The notes under the pieces: model-generated
Seen by the model: only the letters and a program-made list of their open reading frames with translations
What the model was told of the DNA's origin: nothing
The model's database searches: none
Shown: in pieces, positions 17,965 to 27,850 of the stretch
How the letters are laid out: every line of letters begins with the position of its first letter
Position numbering within the stretch: position 1 is the first letter of the stretch
Translations under genes and position numbers: made by a program
Source: an uncultured Candidatus Binatia bacterium
GTDB lineage: Bacteria > Desulfobacterota > Binatia > UBA9968 > JAJDTQ01
Reading direction: 5' to 3'
Length of the DNA stretch: 64,000 bases
NCBI GenBank assembly: GCA_965213675.1
Contig: OZ243916.1
Location: 2,432,001-2,496,000, forward strand

Positions 17965-19326
17965 TCAGAAGAGGACATCCCAGCACTCTTCCAGCGTGGC
18001 GACGCCGGCCAACTCGGGTTGCCGGACATGCGCGAGCTGCCGGCAGTTCCCCTGCGGCAGGATACACCTGCGGAACCCGAGCTTGCCGGCCTCGGCCACC
18101 CGCGCCTCGGCCCGGCTCACGGTGCGGATTTCCCCGGCCAGTCCGACCTCGCCGGCGAGGATCGTGTACGGGTCCACCGGCCGGTCCAGCGCGCTCGACG
18201 CCACTCCCGCGGCGATGCCCAGATCCACCGCGGGTTCCGACACGCTGACGCCGCCAGCGACGTTGATGAACACGTCCTTGTCGTAGAAATTCATCCCCTT
18301 GCGTTTCTCCAGAATGGCCAGGATCAGCGCCACCCGATTGGTGTCGACGCCGATGCACGTGCGCCGTGGCAACGTCAGGAAGGAGCGCGTCACCAGCGAC
18401 TGGATCTCCACCAGGATCGGGCGGGTCCCTTCCATGCTGGGGACCACGACGGAGCCGGAACCACCCAAGGGGCGCTCGGACAGAAAGATCTGCGAGGGAT
18501 TGGGCACCTCGCGGAGACCCGCTTCCTGCATCTCGAACACGCCGATCTCGTTGGTGGAGCCGAAGCGGTTCTTCACCGCGCGCAGGATGCGGAAGCTGTG
18601 GCCGCGCTCGCCTTCGAAATAGAGCACCGTGTCCACCATGTGTTCCAGGACACGCGGGCCGGCGATGGCGCCGTCCTTGGTCACGTGCCCCACCAGGAAG
18701 GTGCCGATGCCGCTCTTCTTGGCCAGGGAGATCAGCGCGCTGGAACATTCCCGGACCTGTCCGATGCTTCCCGGCGCCGACGGGATGGCCGCCGTGTGCA
18801 TGGTCTGGATGGAGTCCACTACCAGTACCGCGGGCTTCACCGCCCTGACCTGCTCCAGGATGCGCTCCAGGGACGTCTCGCTCAGCACCAGCAGGTTTGA
18901 AGCGCCCAGGGCGATTCGCCGGGCGCGCATCTTGACCTGCGGCTCGGACTCCTCGCCCGAAACGTAGAGGCAGGAAGGCCCGTCCTGGCTCAGGGCCGCC
19001 ACCGCCTGGAGGAGCAGCGTGGACTTGCCGATGCCGGGGTCGCCACCGATGAGCACCGCGGAGCCGTCCACCAGACCGCCGCCAAGCACCCGGTCGAACT
19101 CCTCGATGCCGGAACGCAGGCGCCGGTCGGTGTCCGCGGTCACCGCATGGATGGAGGAAGGCGCGTGCGCCGGCCCGGCCTCCGCGCCGCCACGCGCCCC
19201 CGGTTCCACCGTGACCGCTTCTTCCACCAGCGAATTCCACTGCCCGCAGTCCGGGCACCGCCCGAGCCACTTGGGCGACTGAAAACCGCAGTTCTGACAC
19301 TCGTGGATGACCCGCGCTCGCGCCAT
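17965..19326 (-). CDS. radA: DNA repair protein RadA/Sms
   Basis: Zn finger CQNCG...CPDC, GDPGIGKS, KNRFG, Lon-like C-terminus. Confidence 0.97.
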   Translation of the reverse strand: MARARVIHECQNCGFQSPKWLGRCPDCGQWNSLVEEAVTVEPGARGGAEAGPAHAPSSIHAVTADTDRRLRSGIEEFDRVLGGGLVDGSAVLIGGDPGIGKSTLLLQAVAALSQDGPSCLYVSGEESEPQVKMRARRIALGASNLLVLSETSLERILEQVRAVKPAVLVVDSIQTMHTAAIPSAPGSIGQVRECSSALISLAKKSGIGTFLVGHVTKDGAIAGPRVLEHMVDTVLYFEGERGHSFRILRAVKNRFGSTNEIGVFEMQEAGLREVPNPSQIFLSERPLGGSGSVVVPSMEGTRPILVEIQSLVTRSFLTLPRRTCIGVDTNRVALILAILEKRKGMNFYDKDVFINVAGGVSVSEPAVDLGIAAGVASSALDRPVDPYTILAGEVGLAGEIRTVSRAEARVAEAGKLGFRRCILPQGNCRQLAHVRQPELAGVATLEECWDVLF

Positions 19327-19411
19327 GCGCTACTCCCTTGCAACACTCCCCCTTGTGTGGCTTTCCATTATAGACTGCCCGGCGGCAGGACTGGTAACCT
19401 TTCCCTGAGAC

Positions 19412-20530
19412 ATGCCCGTCTATCTCCACATCGACATGGACTCCTTCTACGTGTCCGTGGAGCGCGTACTCGACCCGTCGCTGGAAGGCAAGCCGGTGAT
19501 GGTCGGCGGCGCCGGCCGCGGGGTGGTGACCTCGGCGTCGTACGAGGCGCGCCAGTACGGAGTGCGTTCCGCCATGCCGGGTTTTCAGGCGCGCAAGCTC
19601 TGCCCCCACGGCATCTTCGTTCCCGGCCGGCGCGAGATCTACGGCGAGTTTTCCCGGAAAGTGTTCGACCTGCTGCGCTCGTTCTCGCCGAACGTGCGCG
19701 CGTACTCCATCGACGAAGGGCTCGTCGATCTCACTGGCACGGAAAAGCTGATGGGGCATCCCGTGGGCACGGCCCACGAGATCATCGGACGCATCCAGCA
19801 GGAGTTGGGACTGCCGTCGTCCGGCGGACTCGCCACGCACCCGACCCTGGCCAAGATCGCCGCCACCGCGGTGAAGCCCCGGGGCCTGCTCTTCGTGCCG
19901 CCCGGCTCCGAGGAGCGTTTCCTGGGACCGCTGGATGTATCGGTGATCCCCGGCGTCGGCCCCAAGACGCACCGCGAACTGGTGAACCGCGGCATCGCCA
20001 CGGTGGCCCAGCTACTGGCCCATCCCCGGCTGGGCAAGCGCTATCTGAACCTGGAGCGGGGGGACGACGCCCATCGCGCACACGAGCACTCGATCGGAAG
20101 CGAGACCACGCTGTCGCAGCCGCTTGCGGAACCGGCTGCCATGGAACAGGTGCTGGGCGGGCTCGTGGGCGACGTGGCCGCGCGGCTGCGCCGCCAGGGC
20201 GGGCGCGCCCGGCGCATCACCGTCAAGATTCGCTATTCCGATTTCAAGACCATCACCCGGTCGCACACCCTGAAGGCGCCCACCTGCTTCGACGTGGACA
20301 TCCTCAAGGTGGCGTGCGACCTTCTCGCGCGCAACCTGACGCCGGGCCGACCCGTGCGCCTCCTCGGAATCAGCGCCAGCGGCATCGCCACCGAAGGCTG
20401 GCAGGATTCGCTATTCGACCACCGCGAGCGCGCCTCCATGGACAAGCTCTACAAGGGCATCGACAAGCTGCAGGACAAGTACGGCAAGGGGACCGTCACG
20501 CTGGGGGCGGGGAGGGGCCGTTCGCGCTGA
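19412..20530 (+). CDS. dinB: DNA polymerase IV
   Basis: HIDMDSFY, SYEAR, SIDE, KPRG, VRLLGI. Confidence 0.95.
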   Translation: MPVYLHIDMDSFYVSVERVLDPSLEGKPVMVGGAGRGVVTSASYEARQYGVRSAMPGFQARKLCPHGIFVPGRREIYGEFSRKVFDLLRSFSPNVRAYSIDEGLVDLTGTEKLMGHPVGTAHEIIGRIQQELGLPSSGGLATHPTLAKIAATAVKPRGLLFVPPGSEERFLGPLDVSVIPGVGPKTHRELVNRGIATVAQLLAHPRLGKRYLNLERGDDAHRAHEHSIGSETTLSQPLAEPAAMEQVLGGLVGDVAARLRRQGGRARRITVKIRYSDFKTITRSHTLKAPTCFDVDILKVACDLLARNLTPGRPVRLLGISASGIATEGWQDSLFDHRERASMDKLYKGIDKLQDKYGKGTVTLGAGRGRSR

Positions 20531-20613
20531 CGGGACTCCCACCGCGTTGGCGTTGCTTGCACGGGTACGAATTGTCAGGTAGGGGAAGTTCCTCGCTCAA
20601 GGAGGACCCAGAC

Positions 20614-23373
20614 ATGATGCGTTTCTCGCTACCGTCTACCCGCTTGGCCTGCGCCGCTGCGTTGTCCGTGTTCCTTGTGTCCTTGACCTCCGTGACCGCC
20701 GTCCGTGCCGAATCCACGGAGATCGAATTCCGCGCTCCCGCCTATGACTATTCCTGGCTGACGGCCGAACGCTATCGCGCAGGACTGGCTTCGCGGACAT
20801 CGCAAATCGAAGAAGCCGAGAAGGCGGTGCGGGCTGCGGAGCGCGAACTCGCGACGGCGCGCACGCAACTCGACGCGGCCAAGGACGAGGTGTCGGGAGC
20901 GTGGAGACAGTACTTGGTGGCGCGCGGCTCCGGCGACCTTGACGCGTTGGTGGCAGCGTGGCAGGCAGTCGGCGGCGCGATCAACGCGTATGGGGAAACG
21001 CGCGACTGGGTGCGGAACAAGCTCTCGGCATTGGAGGGCGAGCGCGAGACACTCACCTATGAAAGGTTCTGGAAAGCCCAATTGGAAAATGATTGGCGGG
21101 ACGCGCAGGCACAACGGAGCGTCGGGCACTATTCCGTCGCGCAGGACATCGCCCGCTGCCGGCGGGGCGGCGGACGCGTCTGCTTGCCGAGCCGTCTGCT
21201 TGCTTCGGACACCCGCTTCACCGTGTTTCAGCCAGTGTTGGAGATGGTCGGGGTCCACCATGCCCACGCCAAGGGCTTGACCGGCGCGGGCGTGCGGGTC
21301 GCCATCGAAGACGACGCCGTGAATTACCGGCTCCCGGAATTTTCCGGAAGGGTTTCCTTCGAAGGCGCCAGGCTCGTCTACCCGCGCCCGCTGACGCGGA
21401 CAGCGCCTTTTTCGGCAAGGAAGTGGTCGTACAACGACGCGGCGTATAACCCATGGGAAACCGAAGATCCGCACATCATGGAATCCCTTACGGTCGATGC
21501 CATCGTCACGCTTGATGATGATGGCTGGACCGAGGAAATATGGCTGGAGAACGAACATGACGACGTGAATCCAGAGGATCGATGGGTCGTGATTCCCGCG
21601 GTCGAATCCGAGAACGGGCCCTCCCACGGGACACGCGTTGCGTCAGTCGCGGTAGGACGCGACTTTGGGGTGGCGCCCGGGGCGACGCTGATCCCCGTCT
21701 TCAGGGACTTTTCCCGATCCGGACAGCGCGAACAGGATACATGGTCTCGTTATCTCCTCAACGAACTCACGCGCGCTTCGGAATCGGTTCGGCAACAATT
21801 GGACGAAAACCTGGCCAAGTCCGTTCGCGCGGACTACGCCAATTACGACGTGATCAATCGCAGCTTCGGCATCGGCGTATTCAATCAGGCAGCGGTTCAG
21901 CAGGTGCTCGATGACGGCACCAACTGGTGGGGCGACGAGTTGCGCCGCCTCCTGCCGCTGATGTGGCGCGCGTACATGCAGACCGACGTCCACCCGGACG
22001 ACCGCGCCGTGGTGGTCTATGCGACTGGGAACTCGAAAGAGGAGTGGGGCGGGCTTGGAGCCGACCTTCCATTCCACGAACGCCATTTGCGCGGCCATCA
22101 TCTTTCGGTGATGGCCGTCGATGATGAAGGCGCGCATTCGTTCTACACCAACTTCTGCGGCCCACTGCCGTCGGACTGGGATGCCGAGCGCTGGGGACGG
22201 CACTATTGTGTGGCGGCGCCGGGCATCGTCAACGCGGCCGCGAACCTCCCCGGTTATGCCTACCAGGGAACCCAGGGCACTTCGTTCGCGGCGCCCGTCG
22301 TCACCGGCGCGGTGGCCTTGCTCATGGAGCATTTTCGCGGCCAGCTCGGCAATACCGAGGTCGCAAAGCGCATCGTCAACACGGCCAACAATCGCGGGCG
22401 CTATGCGCAAATGGAGATTTACGGAGCCGGCCTGCTCGATATCGAGGCGGCATTGAAGCCCGTGGGCCGGACGTTCACGGGAACGCCTTCGGTGCGCCGG
22501 CCAGCCTTGTCCACGGTGCTCTACGCGCCTCCGGCCCTGGGCGCCCTCGGTCAACGGTTCGCCAGGGCCGGGGTCGAAGTGGCGAGCCTGGATCGTCTCG
22601 GAGCGCCGTTCTGGTCCACGCCCGAACGTCACGTTCGCACCGGTGTGCAACTGTCGGCTACGATCCCCGGGTTCGCCGAGGCGCATCAAGCCATCCACGG
22701 CGAACGGCATCTCGGTTTCACGCCGGGGACCGTGGCCTTGGCACCGGCAGCTCCGACCGCGCCGGGAGCGCTCGCACCTGTCCGGCTGCTGATGGGGAGC
22801 AACCGGATGGGCCTGGAACAGGCTCCTGGCGCCGGTTTCCGCTGGGGCATCCTGGGAGACGGCTCATCCTGGCAAGGGGGCCGCGTCTCGGGCGCGTTTG
22901 GCGACGATGTGCGATCCATTACCACCTGGATCGGGCGCGGCGCCCGGTTCGAATTGGGCGAAGCCTGGAGTGTCCATGCATCGGCCACCGTGGGATACGG
23001 GCGCGCCTTTCTCGGGTCCGGCACCATGCTGAACACCGACCCCTACCTGATGTCGGCATGGAATGTCGCGCTGGAGCGGGGAGAAAGAGGTGGCGGGACC
23101 TGGTCGCGCTTCTCGCTGTCGCAACCGCTACGGGCCGAAACGGGCAACGCCACCCTCACCTATCTTTCCGGTCTCGATGATGGCAACCCTGTCTATGACC
23201 GGACGACCGTGCCCCTGGCGCCGGCGGGGCGCGAGATGGAGTTGTCCCTGACCCACGAGAGCGCGCTCGGTTGGGGACGTGGCGTCTTCAAGGTTGCCCA
23301 CGCGTGGAACGCCGGCCACGAGACCGGCAGAAGCAGGTTCTCCGTTGGCGCGGCGTACCGGATTGCGTGGTGA
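20614..23373 (+). CDS. Secreted S8 (subtilisin-like) peptidase with N-terminal coiled coil and C-terminal beta-barrel-like region
   Basis: RBS AAGGAGG, signal peptide, VAIEDD / SHGTRVA / ATGN / GTSFAAP, ends YRIAW. Confidence 0.85.
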   Translation: MMRFSLPSTRLACAAALSVFLVSLTSVTAVRAESTEIEFRAPAYDYSWLTAERYRAGLASRTSQIEEAEKAVRAAERELATARTQLDAAKDEVSGAWRQYLVARGSGDLDALVAAWQAVGGAINAYGETRDWVRNKLSALEGERETLTYERFWKAQLENDWRDAQAQRSVGHYSVAQDIARCRRGGGRVCLPSRLLASDTRFTVFQPVLEMVGVHHAHAKGLTGAGVRVAIEDDAVNYRLPEFSGRVSFEGARLVYPRPLTRTAPFSARKWSYNDAAYNPWETEDPHIMESLTVDAIVTLDDDGWTEEIWLENEHDDVNPEDRWVVIPAVESENGPSHGTRVASVAVGRDFGVAPGATLIPVFRDFSRSGQREQDTWSRYLLNELTRASESVRQQLDENLAKSVRADYANYDVINRSFGIGVFNQAAVQQVLDDGTNWWGDELRRLLPLMWRAYMQTDVHPDDRAVVVYATGNSKEEWGGLGADLPFHERHLRGHHLSVMAVDDEGAHSFYTNFCGPLPSDWDAERWGRHYCVAAPGIVNAAANLPGYAYQGTQGTSFAAPVVTGAVALLMEHFRGQLGNTEVAKRIVNTANNRGRYAQMEIYGAGLLDIEAALKPVGRTFTGTPSVRRPALSTVLYAPPALGALGQRFARAGVEVASLDRLGAPFWSTPERHVRTGVQLSATIPGFAEAHQAIHGERHLGFTPGTVALAPAAPTAPGALAPVRLLMGSNRMGLEQAPGAGFRWGILGDGSSWQGGRVSGAFGDDVRSITTWIGRGARFELGEAWSVHASATVGYGRAFLGSGTMLNTDPYLMSAWNVALERGERGGGTWSRFSLSQPLRAETGNATLTYLSGLDDGNPVYDRTTVPLAPAGREMELSLTHESALGWGRGVFKVAHAWNAGHETGRSRFSVGAAYRIAW

Positions 23374-23572
23374 GCGCCGGAGGACAAGGCTCTCGCGGGG
23401 GTCCGGCATCATGGATAGCCTCTGCCTCTCGCCACGATTCGATAAATCCGGCAGGCTACGGGTTGTGACGCGGCACACAAACACCAAGCTCAGGGCGAAC
23501 AGCCAACTTGTCGAGCCGTGACTGCCCTGCGGCAACGGACCAGAGCTGCCGCTTGAGACCTGAACATCAACC

Positions 23573-24607
23573 GTGACCGAATCATCACCACAACACCCTT
23601 TCCTCACCGCGTGCCGGCGCGGCAAGACCCCCTATACTCCGGTGTGGCTCATGCGCCAGGCCGGGCGCTACATGAAGGAGTACCGCGACGTGCGGGCCAA
23701 GGTCGGCTTCCTGGAGCTGTGCAAGACGCCCGACCTCGTGGCCGAGGTGACGGTGACGCCGGTGGAGCGCCTCAACGTGGACGCCGCCATTCTGTTCGCC
23801 GACATCCTGCTGCTGCTGGAACCCATGGGAGTGGGGCTGGAATACGCCAGCGGCGGCCCGGTGATCCAGCGGCCGGTGAGGACGGGCACGGACATTGACG
23901 CGCTGCGCGACCCGGTCCCCGAAGAGTCCCTGGCCTACGTGTACGCGGCGGTCCGCAGCACCCGCGCCGCGCTGGCCGGTCGCGTGCCGCTAATCGGCTT
24001 CTGCGGCGCCCCGTTCACGCTGGCCTCCTACCTGATCGAGGGCGGCGCGTCGCGCAACTACATCCACACCAAACGGCTCTTCCACACCGATCCCGGCGCC
24101 TGGAACGCGCTCATGGACCGGCTCGTGGACGCCACCCTTGCCTACGTCAACGCCCAGATCGCGGCCGGCATCGACGCCCTCCAGGTCTTCGATAGCTGGG
24201 TGGGCTGCCTTGCGCCCGGCGACTACCGCGAGCACGTCCTGCCGCACATGCGCCGGCTGATGGCGCATGTCACCCCCGGCGTTCCGCTCATCCACTTCGG
24301 CACCGCCACCAGCGGACTGCTGGAGCTCATGCGCGAGGCCGGCAGCGACGTGATGGGCGTGGACTGGCGCATCGATCTGGACGAGGCGTGGCGCCGCGTG
24401 GGCCACGACGTCGCCGTCCAGGGCAACCTCGACCCCGTGGCCCTGTTCGCGCCGCCCGCCGAGATTCGCCGCCGCGTCCGGGACATCCTCCAGCGCGCCG
24501 GCGGCCGCCCCGGCCACATCTTCAACCTCGGCCACGGCATTCTACCCGAAACCCCGGTGGACCACGTGCGGGCCATGGTGGACGCCGTGCACGAACTGAG
24601 CCGGTAG
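23573..24607 (+). CDS. hemE: Uroporphyrinogen decarboxylase
   Basis: PVWLMRQAGRY, AAILFADIL, QGNLDP, HIFNLGHG. Confidence 0.97.
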   Translation: MTESSPQHPFLTACRRGKTPYTPVWLMRQAGRYMKEYRDVRAKVGFLELCKTPDLVAEVTVTPVERLNVDAAILFADILLLLEPMGVGLEYASGGPVIQRPVRTGTDIDALRDPVPEESLAYVYAAVRSTRAALAGRVPLIGFCGAPFTLASYLIEGGASRNYIHTKRLFHTDPGAWNALMDRLVDATLAYVNAQIAAGIDALQVFDSWVGCLAPGDYREHVLPHMRRLMAHVTPGVPLIHFGTATSGLLELMREAGSDVMGVDWRIDLDEAWRRVGHDVAVQGNLDPVALFAPPAEIRRRVRDILQRAGGRPGHIFNLGHGILPETPVDHVRAMVDAVHELSR

Positions 24608-24716
24608 GGAGACATCCTTGCTCCGGCAACCCGGCCTCCTCCGCCATTTCATCCGCCTTTCCGTCGTTCCCCCCACCTCCTCCGTCATTCCCACTTCTTG
24701 CCTCATCCATATTTCC

Positions 24717-24826
24717 TTTTTCGTCATTCCCGCGGAAGCGGGAATCCAGGAGTGGGGCGGGGCGAGCAGGACCGTGGTGCCCCTCCCCCACCCCTGGATT
24801 CCCGCTTCCGCGGGAATGACGAAAAA
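24717..24826. repeat. Complete REP-like palindrome with 34-bp perfect arms
   Basis: TTTTTCGTCATTCCCGCGGAAGCGGGAATCCAGG (24717-24750) and its exact inverse (24793-24826), flanked by degenerate short tandem repeats. Confidence 0.9.
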
Positions 24827-24936
24827 GCAGGTCGGCATGGCGGAGCAGGTCGGAATGAGGGGGGACGTAGGTATGGCGGGGGAGGCTGGAATGGCGTAAA
24901 TCGCGGGTATTCGGGATTGACAGCCCGCCCACACCA

Positions 24937-26424
24937 ATGACCAGGGACATCATCGTTATCGGCGGAGGCATCTCAGGTCTGGCCGCCGCGCACCGGCTGA
25001 CCGAGTTGAGCCGCGCCGGTGCCGCCGAACTGCGGGTCACGCTGCTGGAGGCCTCTGACCGTATCGGCGGCGTTATCGCCACCGAACATGCCAACGACCT
25101 CCTCCTGGAGCTGGGTCCCGACTCCTACATCACCGACAAGCCCGCCGCCCTGCGCCTCTGTGAACGCCTGGGCCTTGCCAACCGCCTCATTGCGCCGCGA
25201 GGCCTCGACGGGCTGAAGCTCTACACGGTTCACCGCGGCCGCCTGGAAGCGCTTCCCGAGGGGTTCCTGCTGATGGCCCCCACCCGGGTGGGTTCGGTGC
25301 TGCGGAGCCCTCTGTTCTCCTGGAGCGGCAAGCTGCGCATGGGGATGGAACCGTTGATCCCACGCCACTCCGGTGACGGCGACGAGAGCCTCGCCTCTTT
25401 CGTGCGACGGCGGTTGGGCCGGGAAGTCCTGGAGCGCGTGGCGCAGCCCCTGATCGGCGGCATCTACGCCTCGGACCCGGAACACTTGAGCCTCGCCGCC
25501 ACCATGCCCCGCTTCCCCGGGATGGAACGCGACCACGGCAGCGTCATCCTGGGGAGCCGCCGGGCGCAACAACGCCGCGCGCGCTCGGCGCGGGAGACCG
25601 GCGCCCGGTGGAGCCTGTTCGTCAGCATCGACGGCGGCATGGAGGTGCTGGTGCGGAGCATCGAGGAAGCCCTCGGTGCGGGAGTGATACGCTTGGGCGA
25701 AGCGGTCCGGGCGCTGACCTGGAACGCGGAGGCCCGCCGCTGGCGCGTGGCCACGGCGCGTTCCGGTTCGGAGCCCGGTTCCGGCGACGGACTTGAGGGC
25801 GTGGGCGGCGGCGTGGAACCGAACTCCGGCGGGCTGGAGGCCGACGCCGTCATCTGCGCGTTGCCGGCGCCTGCCGCCGCCAACGCACTGACGACCCTGG
25901 ACCCCGAGTTGGCCAGGGAACTGAAGGCCATACCCGTCTCATCCACCGCCACCGTCAACCTCGCATACCGCCGGAGCGATATCGCCCATCCCCTGGACGG
26001 CTACGGTTTCGTGGTTCCCCACGCCGAAGGCCGAAAGATCATGGCCTGCACGTTCAGCAGCGTGAAGTACGCGGGAAGGGCCCCCGAAGACACCGCGCTG
26101 CTGCGCTGCTTCGTCGGCGGCGCCCTGCAACCCCATCTGCTCGACCAGACCGACGCGGCCATGGAAGCGCAAGTGCGCGACGACCTCGGCGCCCTGCTCG
26201 GGATATCCGGGGAACCGATCCTGTGCCGCACGACCCGCTACCCCGACAGCATGCCCCAGTACAACGTCGGGCACCTGGAAAGCGTGGGAAGAATCGAGAG
26301 CAGGCTCAAGCACTTTCCCACCCTCGCCCTCGCCGGCAAGAGCTACCGGGGAGTCGGCATTGCCGACTGCGTCGCGAGCGGCGAGATTGCCGCGGAAGAA
26401 ATCGCAAGGGGGCTTGAAGTCTGA
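24937..26424 (+). CDS. hemY: HemY-type proto/coproporphyrinogen oxidase
   Basis: IIVIGGGISGL, ELGPDS, QPLIGGIYA, MPQYNVGH, GVGIADC. Confidence 0.93.
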   Translation: MTRDIIVIGGGISGLAAAHRLTELSRAGAAELRVTLLEASDRIGGVIATEHANDLLLELGPDSYITDKPAALRLCERLGLANRLIAPRGLDGLKLYTVHRGRLEALPEGFLLMAPTRVGSVLRSPLFSWSGKLRMGMEPLIPRHSGDGDESLASFVRRRLGREVLERVAQPLIGGIYASDPEHLSLAATMPRFPGMERDHGSVILGSRRAQQRRARSARETGARWSLFVSIDGGMEVLVRSIEEALGAGVIRLGEAVRALTWNAEARRWRVATARSGSEPGSGDGLEGVGGGVEPNSGGLEADAVICALPAPAAANALTTLDPELARELKAIPVSSTATVNLAYRRSDIAHPLDGYGFVVPHAEGRKIMACTFSSVKYAGRAPEDTALLRCFVGGALQPHLLDQTDAAMEAQVRDDLGALLGISGEPILCRTTRYPDSMPQYNVGHLESVGRIESRLKHFPTLALAGKSYRGVGIADCVASGEIAAEEIARGLEV

Positions 26425-26427
26425 GGT

Positions 26428-26847
26428 CTATCCGTTTCGGATCCGCTGCCTGCTCAGCGTCGGCTCGAAGAGCATCTGAATCACGACGCCGTCCGGATCC
26501 GCGCAGTAGAACGAGGCGCTGCCGTCGCGGTGGCGCTTGAAGGGCTTGATGATGGGGATCTGGCGGGCGCGGAACACGGCTTCAAGTTCCTGTACGCGGT
26601 CGATGTCGGAGACGATGAAGCCCAAGTGGTCGAGGGAGGAGGTGGCGGCATTGGTCGCCCGGCCTTCGGGGGATTCGTGGAGGGCGAGGTTGTCGGAACC
26701 GGAGCTCAGGTACGCGTTCTGGGGATCGGGCTGCCACACGACTTCCATGCCCAGGACATCCTGGTAGAAGGCTTTGGAGCGCTCGACGTCCTTGACGTTG
26801 AGGGCGATGTGACGCATTCCCATGAGGCCGCTGAGCGCCTTGGGCAT
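26428..26847 (-). CDS. VOC/glyoxalase-family protein
   Basis: HIALNVKDVERSKAFY, DHLGF, FYCADPDG. Confidence 0.88.
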   Translation of the reverse strand: MPKALSGLMGMRHIALNVKDVERSKAFYQDVLGMEVVWQPDPQNAYLSSGSDNLALHESPEGRATNAATSSLDHLGFIVSDIDRVQELEAVFRARQIPIIKPFKRHRDGSASFYCADPDGVVIQMLFEPTLSRQRIRNG

Positions 26848-26940
26848 GGTGTCGGTCCTTGTTGGATTGATACGAGAAACCTGTCCGCGTAACCGTAGCC
26901 CGCGTGGGCGACGGGCTGGTCGCCCGGCACGGACAGACGG

Positions 26941-27798
26941 CTAACCGCCCAAGGCATCCTGGATGGCGCGGGCGGTGTTGAGCCGGGCCAGATGGGCGCG
27001 GAACTCGCCGGAGGCGTGGATGTCGTCCAGGGCTTCAACGCCGTCGGCCACCCCGGCCGCGGCCGCGGTGATGGCGTCGGCCGTCAGCGCCTTGCCCCGA
27101 AGCGCATCTTCCACCGCGGTGGCGCGGAAGGGCGCGCCGGCCAGGCCGGTGACGCCGATGCCGATGTCGGTGCAGGTGTCTCCGTCGGTTTGCAGGCACA
27201 CCGCGATGCCGACGATGGCGAAACCCGAGGCCTTCTGCTTGACCTTGCGATAGGCGGCGCGGGTGCCGGCGGCGGGCACGACCACGCTCAAACCCGTCAG
27301 GATCTCGGTCGGTCCGATGGCGGTGGTCAGTGGGCCGAGGAAAAAGTCCCCGGCGGCCACCGTGCGCGAGCCGCCGCTGCTCGTCAACTCCAACCCGGCG
27401 CCCATGGCCAGCAGTGCCGCGGGCCAGTCGGCGGCCGGGTCGCCGTGGACCACGCTGCCGCCGATGGTGCCGCGGTTGCGCACCTGGGGGTCGCCGATGC
27501 TGCCGGCCACCTTGGTCAGCAGCGCGCAATTTGCGTTGACATCGCTCGACGTCTCCACTTGGTGATGGGTCACCAGGGCGCCGACGCGGAGCGCGCCGCC
27601 GGCCAACTGGATCTGCCGCAGGGAGTCCAGCCGCTTGAGGTCGATGACCACCTCCGGCTGGGCCAGCCTGAGCTTCATCATCGGCAACAGACTGTGGCCG
27701 CCGGCCATCACCTTGGCGTTGTCGCCGCCCGCCGCCAGGCTGGCGGCCGCGGCCTCCAGGCTGTCCGGAACGATATAGTCGAAGGCTGCTGGTATCAT
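26941..27798 (-). CDS. Molybdo-flavoenzyme FAD subunit (CoxM/CutM-like)
   Basis: MIPAAFDY, AGGHSLLPMMKLR, QVRNRGTIGG. Confidence 0.93.
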   Translation of the reverse strand: MIPAAFDYIVPDSLEAAAASLAAGGDNAKVMAGGHSLLPMMKLRLAQPEVVIDLKRLDSLRQIQLAGGALRVGALVTHHQVETSSDVNANCALLTKVAGSIGDPQVRNRGTIGGSVVHGDPAADWPAALLAMGAGLELTSSGGSRTVAAGDFFLGPLTTAIGPTEILTGLSVVVPAAGTRAAYRKVKQKASGFAIVGIAVCLQTDGDTCTDIGIGVTGLAGAPFRATAVEDALRGKALTADAITAAAAGVADGVEALDDIHASGEFRAHLARLNTARAIQDALGG

Positions 27799-27850
27799 GA
27801 TTGGCTCTCTCGCTATGGGATCGCTTGCGGATCCGTCGCTTGACAGTGGC

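Noticed and set aside
19327-19411. LexA/SOS box between divergent radA and dinB
   Set aside because: No LexA motif I know is recognisable; only a weak ACTCCC(CC)TTG direct repeat.
19147-20613. N-terminal 489 codons of the 1408-aa ORF overlapping radA and dinB
   Set aside because: Arg/Pro/Gly-rich off-frame read-through typical of high-GC DNA; RBS and signal peptide place the real start at 20614.
24630-24915. Possible CRISPR array
   Set aside because: Units are adjacent and degenerate with no unique spacers, and no cas genes are present.
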